Part shown: piece after piece, positions 17,263-25,301 of the stretch
How positions within the stretch are numbered: the first letter of the stretch is position 1
How the letters are laid out: each line of letters opens with the position of its first letter
Origin: Candidatus Poseidoniaceae archaeon
GTDB taxonomy: Archaea; Thermoplasmatota; Poseidoniia; Poseidoniales; Poseidoniaceae
Direction: 5' to 3'
NCBI GenBank assembly: GCA_030741225.1
Contig: JASLVU010000003.1
Coordinates: 1 to 32,458 of the forward strand
Length of the DNA stretch: 32,458 nucleotides
The notes under the pieces: model-generated
The model's database searches: none
The model's input: only the letters and a program-made list of their open reading frames with translations
What the model was told of the DNA's origin: nothing
Program-made: the position numbers and the translations under genes

Positions 17263-18225
17263 ATGCTCGATGTATCCACTACCATTGAAGAAGTTCTCTA
17301 TCCTCCAATTGAACCGTACGAAACAGGCATGCTTCAAGTCTCTCAACTGCATACAATCGCTTGGGAGAAAAGTGGTAATCCTGAAGGAATGCCCGTTCTC
17401 GTAATTCATGGAGGTCCTGGCGGCGGAGGACAACCCAGTTATCGCCAATACTTCGATCCGAATGCTTACAACATTATTCAGTTTGATCAAAGAGGTTGTG
17501 GTAAATCAACTCCCCATGCTGAATTGAAAGACAACACCACTCAAGCATCAATCAATGACATTGAAATGTTACGAGAAAAGTTCGGAATTCAAACATGGCA
17601 TGTGTTTGGAGGTTCTTGGGGCTCAACGCTATCTCTCGTGTACGCACAGCAGTATCCAGAGTGTGTTCGGAGTCTCATGTTGCGCGGAATATTCATGTGT
17701 CGAAAAAGCGAACTGCATTGGTTCTATCAAGATGGCGCTAGTCATATTTTCCCAGATGCTTTTGACGCCTATCGAGAACACATTCCTGCAGATGAACAGG
17801 ATGATTTAATCCAAGCCTATTACGCGCGTCTCACAAGTTCAGAGGCTGAAGTTCGACGAGCTGCCGCAAAAGAATGGACCCGATGGGAAATGGCCACAAG
17901 CCGATTGTTCCCAGATGCCTCGTATCTTGAAAAGGCAGAGGATTTGGACTTCGCAGTTGCATTTGCTCGGATTGAATGTCACTATTTCATCAACGGTATC
18001 TTTCTTGAGGAAGCGCATATTCTTAACAACGTAGCTGCTGTTCAACACATCCCAATGCACATTGTACAAGGACGATATGATGTGGTTTGCCCCGTTCGAA
18101 GTGCTTGGGAATTGCACAAAGCAGTACCCAAAAGCAAGTTGATTATTGTTCCTGATGCGGGACATTCTATGGGTGAAGTTAGTATTGCGAGAGAACTTAT
18201 TGCAGTTACCGATTCGTACCGATAA
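17263..18225 (+). CDS. pip: Proline iminopeptidase (alpha/beta hydrolase, S33)
   Basis: HGGPGGG, FDQRGCGKS, GGSWGST nucleophile, GRYDVVCP and DAGHS. ATG at 17263 chosen over TTG at 17224. Confidence 0.95.
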   Translation: MLDVSTTIEEVLYPPIEPYETGMLQVSQLHTIAWEKSGNPEGMPVLVIHGGPGGGGQPSYRQYFDPNAYNIIQFDQRGCGKSTPHAELKDNTTQASINDIEMLREKFGIQTWHVFGGSWGSTLSLVYAQQYPECVRSLMLRGIFMCRKSELHWFYQDGASHIFPDAFDAYREHIPADEQDDLIQAYYARLTSSEAEVRRAAAKEWTRWEMATSRLFPDASYLEKAEDLDFAVAFARIECHYFINGIFLEEAHILNNVAAVQHIPMHIVQGRYDVVCPVRSAWELHKAVPKSKLIIVPDAGHSMGEVSIARELIAVTDSYR

Positions 18226-18324
18226 TACATGTCAAATCAAGGGTTTTGCTCTGTCCTTTCATGCGTCGGCTTGATAGGGTGGTGACGTGTGGGCGTTCAT
18301 GGAGGCTTACCTCCGGGTGAAAAA

Positions 18325-19128
18325 ATGACCGAAGATGGAACCATTACACCAGAAGATTTTGAACCTGCAGTCAAGAAATTGTCACCGGACGAATACGAAG
18401 ACCAAATCAAGGTCCTTTACGAGGCGTTCACTTCTGCACAAGCTGATTTGGAGGATGCATTAGCGACCATTGAAGTTCTTGAAAAGGAAATAATTGAGCG
18501 AGAGATTGAGAAGGAAACTCAAGAGGCCCTTCTTTCTGAAAAGGAGGTTCGAATCAGAGAACTGGAACTTCGAGCGGTCAAGGCAACAAAAAAGGTCGAG
18601 CATCTTGAACCAGAATTGGAAAAGATGGAGGAAAAATACTCTCGTGAAAAGACTCGTGTAAGCACTGTTTTCAGCATTGCTGAAGAACTCGATAATGATT
18701 TGAAACATGCAGTTGTTGAGATGAAGGCTCGTGATGATTGGTATGTTGACCACATGCAGATTTTTGAAGACCTTAACAAAGCAATCAAGGTTCGATATGA
18801 AATGATCGAACGAGCAATAGAGGCTGAACGGAAGTCACAGCATATGGCACGAGCCTTCACCGAACGTATGGAAGACATGGTCGAAGCCCGAGCATCTGAC
18901 ATGGCAGAGGCTGAAGCAGAAGCAAAGGCTGCTGAGGAAAACAACGCCTCAGTGGAAACCGTCGAATCTGAAGAAAACGCCTCGTCCGAAGAGCCTTCTG
19001 AGGAAAGTGCAGACAAGCCTGATGAGCCATCTGACGAAGAACAGACTGAAGATACGCCAGAAGAAGCATCGACCACGACCACTGCCTCGGCTACATGGGC
19101 TGACGGCGATGACCCTTGGGCAGATTGA
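18325..19128 (+). CDS. Acidic coiled-coil hypothetical protein
   Basis: E/K-rich heptad pattern over about 190 aa, then an E/S/T/P-rich tail ending WADGDDPWAD. ATG at 18325 is preceded by GGGTGA. Confidence 0.8.
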   Translation: MTEDGTITPEDFEPAVKKLSPDEYEDQIKVLYEAFTSAQADLEDALATIEVLEKEIIEREIEKETQEALLSEKEVRIRELELRAVKATKKVEHLEPELEKMEEKYSREKTRVSTVFSIAEELDNDLKHAVVEMKARDDWYVDHMQIFEDLNKAIKVRYEMIERAIEAERKSQHMARAFTERMEDMVEARASDMAEAEAEAKAAEENNASVETVESEENASSEEPSEESADKPDEPSDEEQTEDTPEEASTTTTASATWADGDDPWAD

Positions 19129-19137
19129 GGTGGGTAA

Positions 19138-19995
19138 ATGGCTGGATTGGCCCATGGAGGGCACGGTCCGGTTTTGATTCCTTTTTTCATGGGTGGAAGC
19201 GCGCTCATTATCGGCGCCACCATTGATTCATTGTACGGACTCATTCCTTTATTTGCGATATTCTGTTTCATGTTCTCTGCTTTCTGCGCCAATTTCTGGC
19301 GTGATCCGGACCGCCCAATTCCTCGAGAGGATGGGATTCTTGTCAGTCCTGCAGATGGCCATGTAATGTTCGTACGAAGAGAGAGGGCAACAGGTCGTCG
19401 CCCCTCCAAAATTGAGGAAGAATCGGGCAATTGCCAATCGGACACGTTAACGGGTAAATGGTTTCCAGAACCATCATCAGACCCTCTTCTGTTTGAGACA
19501 GAGCAGCGTTTTCAATCTGTGCCGGAAGGCGAAGAGTCGCCCACGGATGTGTTTCGAATTGCAATTTTCATGTCTCCACTTGATGTTCATGTCAACCGTT
19601 CGCCATGTGCAGGAACTCTGCTTCGGATGGAACACCGTACCGGGAAGGGGATGCGACGAGGTCCTTTTCGTCCAGCCTACAAAAAAGAAAGCCAATACAA
19701 CGAACGTGTTCGAAGTGTTTTTTGCAGTGAATCCAATGTTATGATTGAAGTTACACAAATTTCTGGAATACTTGCTCGGACAATTGTTCCATGGCTTGGG
19801 ACAAATTCGAAAGTACGGCGTGGGCAACGCTATGGAATGATTCGTTTAGGTTCGCGAGTAGATATTCGTGCCCCTGCGATTCATTTTTCCCCGACTGTGA
19901 TTTCAGCCGAAGAGAAGAACCCCAGTCATCCAAAGGGTGAATTTGTCCAAGCCGGAACAACTGTTTTGTTTCGAGCTCGAAATCAAGTTGACTAA
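19138..19995 (+). CDS. psd: Phosphatidylserine/archaetidylserine decarboxylase proenzyme
   Basis: NFWRDPDR, LVSPADG, IFMSPLDVHVNRSP, NER and GMIRLGSRVD (G-S self-cleavage site); N-terminal membrane segment. Confidence 0.92.
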   Translation: MAGLAHGGHGPVLIPFFMGGSALIIGATIDSLYGLIPLFAIFCFMFSAFCANFWRDPDRPIPREDGILVSPADGHVMFVRRERATGRRPSKIEEESGNCQSDTLTGKWFPEPSSDPLLFETEQRFQSVPEGEESPTDVFRIAIFMSPLDVHVNRSPCAGTLLRMEHRTGKGMRRGPFRPAYKKESQYNERVRSVFCSESNVMIEVTQISGILARTIVPWLGTNSKVRRGQRYGMIRLGSRVDIRAPAIHFSPTVISAEEKNPSHPKGEFVQAGTTVLFRARNQVD

Positions 19996-20047
19996 ATCTC
20001 CGGTGGATTGAAACATGAACGGTTAGCCCGATGACCGGGGAGAGAGT

Positions 20048-21214
20048 ATGTCTGCGCCAAAAACGCTCACACTTCTTGGGGAAGGTAAGAAAGGTGCGCG
20101 TATCCATGATTTGGTGAAGGCTCCAGCGAATACTCCGTGGGCCCGTGCTCGTCAGCAATCATGGGACGCTAGTGAACCAGCGACAGTGTATTTCACTCCA
20201 GAAACTCTTGCCGATGGCACACCTTGCAGTGCAGTTACTGTTATTTTGCGAACCAAAGGTTGTCATTGGTGGTGGTCCAGTGGCTGTACCTTTTGTGGGT
20301 ACTTTAACGACACAAGAGATGATGTCACGAACGACGATCTTCACTCTCAATGGCAGTATGCATTGGAAAAGTTTGATGATTTCAAAGACCATGCAATGGT
20401 GAAGGTTTACACGAGCGGCTCGTTACTTGAAGACAGAGAAATACCTGTGGAATTTCAGCAAACCGTGTTATCAGATTGCCAGAGGCTTGGTAAAGAATTG
20501 ATTGTTGAAAGCCGATGTGAACAGTTGACAGATACAAAATTGGCATGGGCCAAGCAATTCAATCAAAGCTTTGCTGTTGCCATTGGGTTGGAAGCCTATG
20601 ACGATGAAGTACTCCGTTTTCACGTGAACAAGGGATTCTCAACCAAGGCATGGGATAGAGCGGTTGATAATCTCAAAAAACACGGTATTCGAATAAAGAC
20701 ATATCTTATGTTCAAACCACCGTTTATGAGTGAAGCAGATGCTTTGAACCACGGTGTAAAGTGGATTGAAGATGTTGCTCACAGAAGCGATGAAATTTCA
20801 GTCAATCCGATGAATATCCAACGGGGCACCATCATCGACCGATTGCACAGGAATAACGAATACCGGCCTCCATGGCTCTGGTCTTTGGTTGAAATGATTC
20901 GCCGAGCACACCCGACAATTCATCCCGATGGAGGAAAAAACGGAGATAAAGACCAAGTTTGTCGATTGATCATCCATCCTACTGCAGGAGGTAAAATTCG
21001 AGGCGCACATAATTGTGGCTCTTGCGACTCTGAAGTGGTTGCGGCGATTGAACGATATGCAGTTTCAGGTGATTTGGAAGAATTCACAGGCCTTTCCTGC
21101 TCCTGTGAAGCGGCCTGGAGGGAAGAATTGCTCCTTGAGCAAGCACTTCCCACCCCTCTTGGAATATCCAAACCTCGAAGAGGAAATACACTTGACAACC
21201 TTCGTTCTCTCTAG
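20048..21214 (+). CDS. raSEA: Archaeosine biosynthesis radical SAM protein RaSEA (TIGR01210-like)
   Basis: VILRTKGCHWWWSSGCTFCGY (CX6CX2C), KVYTSGS, IGLE, YLMFKPPF, YRPPWLWS and RGAHNCGSC. Confidence 0.88.
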   Translation: MSAPKTLTLLGEGKKGARIHDLVKAPANTPWARARQQSWDASEPATVYFTPETLADGTPCSAVTVILRTKGCHWWWSSGCTFCGYFNDTRDDVTNDDLHSQWQYALEKFDDFKDHAMVKVYTSGSLLEDREIPVEFQQTVLSDCQRLGKELIVESRCEQLTDTKLAWAKQFNQSFAVAIGLEAYDDEVLRFHVNKGFSTKAWDRAVDNLKKHGIRIKTYLMFKPPFMSEADALNHGVKWIEDVAHRSDEISVNPMNIQRGTIIDRLHRNNEYRPPWLWSLVEMIRRAHPTIHPDGGKNGDKDQVCRLIIHPTAGGKIRGAHNCGSCDSEVVAAIERYAVSGDLEEFTGLSCSCEAAWREELLLEQALPTPLGISKPRRGNTLDNLRSL

Positions 21215-21283
21215 CGTTTTTCAATCGAAGAAATCCTCTTTGGTTGGAGTGAATGTTTATCACCGCATTGCGAGTGGGAGGAT

Positions 21284-21300
21284 TGACCCCTACGGGGTCA
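21284..21300. promoter_or_regulatory. Inverted repeat TGACCCC-tac-GGGGTCA upstream of the small membrane protein gene
   Basis: Perfect 7-bp arms, 5 nt before a GGGTGA SD-like site and 17 nt before ATG 21318. Confidence 0.4.
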
Positions 21301-21317
21301 TAAGTGGGTGAACGACT

Positions 21318-21590
21318 ATGACCAATGCTTCTACTTTACCTGATGTCACTGTTGGAACCGGAGAACCGTCTAGCAGTCGTGTCTTTTTGACACTTTTCAG
21401 TGTGACACTCCTCGGATTGCTTGCCTTATTCTCAAATGTTTTTGGATGGGATACAATTCCGTTGCTTGGAGAACTCGTACCCCTCATCGGAAATCTTGGT
21501 GGAAGTGGAATTTGGTATTACCTCATTGGAATTCTTATTGGTTTGGGCGCAATAGTCGCCTCTTTGCTTAGCGAGGTCATCGTCGATTAG
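21318..21590 (+). CDS. Small membrane protein (2-3 TM), hypothetical
   Basis: 90 aa, highly hydrophobic, with SD-like GGGTGA. Followed by GGAGGTG before the next gene, consistent with an operon. Confidence 0.75.
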   Translation: MTNASTLPDVTVGTGEPSSSRVFLTLFSVTLLGLLALFSNVFGWDTIPLLGELVPLIGNLGGSGIWYYLIGILIGLGAIVASLLSEVIVD

Positions 21591-21602
21591 GAGGTGTGAT
21601 GA

Positions 21603-23570
21603 ATGGAAGTCGTGTTTATTTCTACTGCTCTAATGGTCGGCATACTGGCCCTTGTTTCAAATTACATGGTCAAAGGCATTGGCGGGATGGCAAGTCCATT
21701 GCGTCAAGTTGGTTTGTTTCTCCTGAATAAAGCACCTGCTGGACTTATTGATTTGTTCAAGGATAAAGCAGGCAGTGGAACCAAGACTTGGATGCGATAC
21801 GGTATGGCTTGGTTCTTTATGGCGGTGCTCGGTACTTTCCTCGGCATTTGGCATCGCTACGACCCGACTGCTCTCAACTCACTTTCGAGTGTAGGCTGGA
21901 GTTACGATGACGGTTCGATGCTTACCGATTACACTCGAATTTTCTTCTCAACTGCGATGAATTACCTCCTTGTTGGCGCAGCACTCGTTGCCGTCTCACG
22001 TTCTTCGAAGGGACGCCTCGCAAGTGAGGCCAGCGCATCCATGGTTGCAGCCCTGTTGACTGCATCCACAATTGCAGTTTTGCTTCTGCCTGCTGTATTT
22101 TCATTCCTAACAATTGAAAATGAGGCGGCAATTTTGGAAACACTGCAAAATATTTCCATGCTGCTGCTTTCTGCTATGCTCCACCTAGCACTTCTCATCA
22201 ATATCTTCATCACTCTCGGTGATCGTGAACACGATGATATTTCACCAACGACATGGTTCTTGGTCCTCGCTCTTGTTGCCAAAATAACCAGCATGTTGTT
22301 TATTTTCTTTGGAGAGATTGTCGATGCTTCCCAAATGGTCTGGATGGCCGAACGAGTCCTCAATGGCTGGGTCCCACTTGCGCTTATCTTTGCCGTGGCT
22401 TACCACATCATTCCTTTCACTGCCGGTAAACCCGTTTGGTCTGCATCAATGCAAAAAGCGAACATGCTGTTCCTCTTTGTCACCATTCCGCCTTTCTTTA
22501 TGTCGTCAGCAGATGCCGGTGAACTGCTGCAAAATGTCGGTGCAATTCTCATGGCATTGGGGCTACTACCGTTGTTTGCTGGTTCCGTAAATATGGTTGC
22601 AACCGCGGCTTCTAACCTTGAAAAGATTGTGAAAAACCCAGGAGCATTTGCTGCTACTGCAGCGATGATGATTCTTCCAATCTTTGCCGTTGGTGGATTC
22701 TTCACTGGTATGGATACTTTCGTGGGAATGGACAAACTTGGCAACATGGCTCATACTGTCGATTCAGGATTTATGTTCACAGTTGGAGGACTGATGATGC
22801 TCGCTGCAATATTTACCTCATATCCGCTGACTTCACAAAAGCAACTGGCCAAAGCCAGCAATGCGCAACTTGCGGTATGGTTTACAATCATTGGAGGCCT
22901 AGCAGCAACAATTTCAGCATTAATTGGTGACTTTACCCAATACGGGGTTTCAAATTCAGGAGTTGAAGATGCGGTTGCTTCAACTGGCGGCTTCTATCTT
23001 GTGTCCGCCGCATTGTTTTATCCAATAACAATCGGTGTAATTCTTGCTGCACTTTCCATGATACACACTGGCCGTCCGAACAACGCATCCCTTACTGAAG
23101 CAGTGACCTCTACAGACATTCACTCCTACACTTTGGTTGAAGGTTCGACGACCATTCGAACTTTACTTGGTCGTGGCGTCGGCATTGATACGAAATTGAA
23201 CATTGGCGAGGTTGAAGAAGATGAAGGTGGTTCTTCTCTCATTCGAGTATCTGCTCAACTGCATAACGATGAAATTGTAGAATATCCCATGCCTGAGGAA
23301 TTGGTTATGCTTGCTCAATACCTCAAGCAATCAAAGCAGACCATTTTCGAATTCTTCAGCTCGATTGATTTGGATGGTTCCGGAGAAATTGACGGTTATG
23401 AATTCAGAGAGGCCCTCGCCAAAGCGAACATTGCTGACCTTCCTCCATGGGAAATGGGGCGTTTGGTTTCAGCGGTAGACTTGGATGGGGACGGTCGTTT
23501 GAACCTCCCAGAATTGGACATCATGCTTGTCAAGATTCGGAATGAGATTCTCGATTCTGAAGAAGAGTAA
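21603..23570 (+). CDS. Multi-pass membrane protein, heme-copper oxidase subunit I (CcoN)-like but lacking metal ligands, with C-terminal EF-hand pair
   Basis: About 12-13 hydrophobic segments. [14 protein letters not shown] and [25 protein letters not shown] resemble CcoN. EF-hand loops [12 protein letters not shown] (23367-23402) and [12 protein letters not shown] (23478-23513). Confidence 0.7.
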   Translation: [655 protein letters not shown]

Positions 23571-23584
23571 CCACGCACAAAGGT

Positions 23585-24877
23585 GTGTTCACTGTGAAGA
23601 TTGGACTCGTTGGCAAACCGAATGTCGGCAAATCAACGTTTTTTAGTGCTGCTACCTTAGCAAAAGTCGACATTGCAAATTATCCTTTTTGTACGATAGA
23701 ACCGAACGTCGGGGTTGCATTCGTCGCCGCCCGCCTCCCATGCCCTTGCAAGGACCTCCGATTACGACTTGAATCTGAAGGCAGATTGGATCCAGTCGAT
23801 GCTGAAGACCCGCGTCAGGGAAGTTTGTGCGAACCAAGAACGGGAACATGTGTAGCGCATCGTCGGTTAGTCCCATGCTTTTTGGTTGACATTGCTGGTC
23901 TTGTTCCAGGGGCGAGTGAAGGCAAAGGAAGGGGGAATGCTTTCTTAGCTGATTTAGCGAATTGCGATGCTTTAATTCAGGTGGTCGATGCTGCTGGCAG
24001 CACCGATATTGAGGGTAATCCTCAAGGAAATCAACAATCCAAGGAGGTTGCACAACAACGAATACGTGATGAGGTTGAATTTTTGAGCAAGGAACTCGAT
24101 GCATGGATCTCGGGCCTGCTTAACGATGGTTGGACCCGCGGTGTTCGAAGAGTTCAAGCCGAAGGCGAGAAAGGACTTGTGATGTATCTTCAAGAGCAGT
24201 TAACAGGTTTGGGGGCAACTCAACACTCAATATCATTGGCTTTTGAATCGTTTAAGAAGCAGCATTCTGAGTTAGGTCGTCCTTGGGATTGGGAACACTC
24301 AGTTATCTCTTCCTTGGCTTTTGAAATACGACGGATACTATTCCCAATTCATATTGCTGCAAATAAATTCGACATTGCTCCATCAGGTGTTCTGGATGGA
24401 ATCGAAGTCAATGGCCGCCTCATTCCATGCATGGCAGACGTTGAACTGGCATTGAGGCGCGCGTCATCAGCAGACTTGATTCGATATATTCCCGGTGAAG
24501 ATAGCTTTCAATATTCATCCAAGAACTCACTTTCTGAAGCTCAAAATAAGGCCTTGGACCACATGCTTGAGAGGCTTTCAACCAACAAAGGAACCGGTGT
24601 TTCATCGATGATTGATTCGGTTTTGTTTGATGAATTGAATCATATTGTTGTTTATCCAGTCCAAGATGAAAATCATTGGACGGATGGAGAAGGTAAGGTC
24701 CTGCCAGACGCATTTGTTGTTCCTTCTGGAATTCAAGCCAAGAATCTCGCCTTTAAGGTCCACAGTGATCTTGGTGAAGGATTCATTCGTGGTGTTGACG
24801 GGAGAACACGTCGGGTCGTTGGTTCAGAACACGAACTTATCGACGGCGATGTATTGAAAATACACGCCAAATCTTAG
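23585..24877 (+). CDS. ychF: Obg-family YchF-like NTPase (archaeal type) with TGS domain
   Basis: GLVGKPNVGKST, ANYPFCTIEPN, DIAGLVPGA..GKGRGNAFL, ANKFD and TGS region VHSDLGEGFI...L.DGDVLKI. Confidence 0.92.
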   Translation: MFTVKIGLVGKPNVGKSTFFSAATLAKVDIANYPFCTIEPNVGVAFVAARLPCPCKDLRLRLESEGRLDPVDAEDPRQGSLCEPRTGTCVAHRRLVPCFLVDIAGLVPGASEGKGRGNAFLADLANCDALIQVVDAAGSTDIEGNPQGNQQSKEVAQQRIRDEVEFLSKELDAWISGLLNDGWTRGVRRVQAEGEKGLVMYLQEQLTGLGATQHSISLAFESFKKQHSELGRPWDWEHSVISSLAFEIRRILFPIHIAANKFDIAPSGVLDGIEVNGRLIPCMADVELALRRASSADLIRYIPGEDSFQYSSKNSLSEAQNKALDHMLERLSTNKGTGVSSMIDSVLFDELNHIVVYPVQDENHWTDGEGKVLPDAFVVPSGIQAKNLAFKVHSDLGEGFIRGVDGRTRRVVGSEHELIDGDVLKIHAKS

Positions 24878-25264
24878 TCAATGACCCTTAGGCCGGTCAT
24901 AGGCCGGAGTTAATCTTGCCATATCTCCCGAATATTGACCACCACGATAGATAAACCAAACCGGGGCGATGAGGGTCAAGATGACCAGCAATGCGAGCAC
25001 ATACAATCCCCAAGGTCGGACATCGCTGAGAACGATGATCCAAAGTGTCCATAGCAATGGAATATACATGAAAATACTGTACCTTCGAGCCATTATCTGC
25101 AGTCGAGCACTTCGAAGCGAATCGTCGAACATGTTTGCAGCTTCTTCTTCGGTAACGAGACCTTTTTCTACACCACAACGAACACAAACCTGTGCTCTTG
25201 GTCCATTTCCGTGAATGAATTGCTCCCGGGAATAGGTGCTTGAGCAGTATCTGCATGTTGGCAT
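24878..25264 (-). CDS. Small hypothetical protein: N-terminal CxxC...CxxC zinc finger plus two TM helices
   Basis: CRYC...CVRC followed by two hydrophobic helices; fills the gap between ychF and pabBA. Confidence 0.75.
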   Translation of the reverse strand: MPTCRYCSSTYSREQFIHGNGPRAQVCVRCGVEKGLVTEEEAANMFDDSLRSARLQIMARRYSIFMYIPLLWTLWIIVLSDVRPWGLYVLALLVILTLIAPVWFIYRGGQYSGDMARLTPAYDRPKGH

Positions 25265-25301
25265 AGATGTCCCTCAAATTTACCGAAACACTCCCGATTC
25301 T

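Noticed and set aside
18519-19445. 308-aa ORF on the minus strand
   Set aside because: Antisense shadow of the Glu-rich coiled-coil gene and psd. Its Ser-rich content is the reverse complement of GAA/GAG-rich codons.
20012-20020. AACATGAAC upstream of RaSEA, matching the left arm of the 7544 palindrome
   Set aside because: It is a single half-site, and a 9-mer match can easily arise by chance in 32 kb.
21603-23570. Functional cytochrome cbb3 oxidase or NO reductase subunit
   Set aside because: The conserved His ligands are absent and there are no partner cytochrome c genes.
24897-25277. Alternative 126-aa minus-strand ORF overlapping the Zn-finger gene
   Set aside because: The 24878-25264 frame has a coherent CxxC pair and TM helices; this frame does not.
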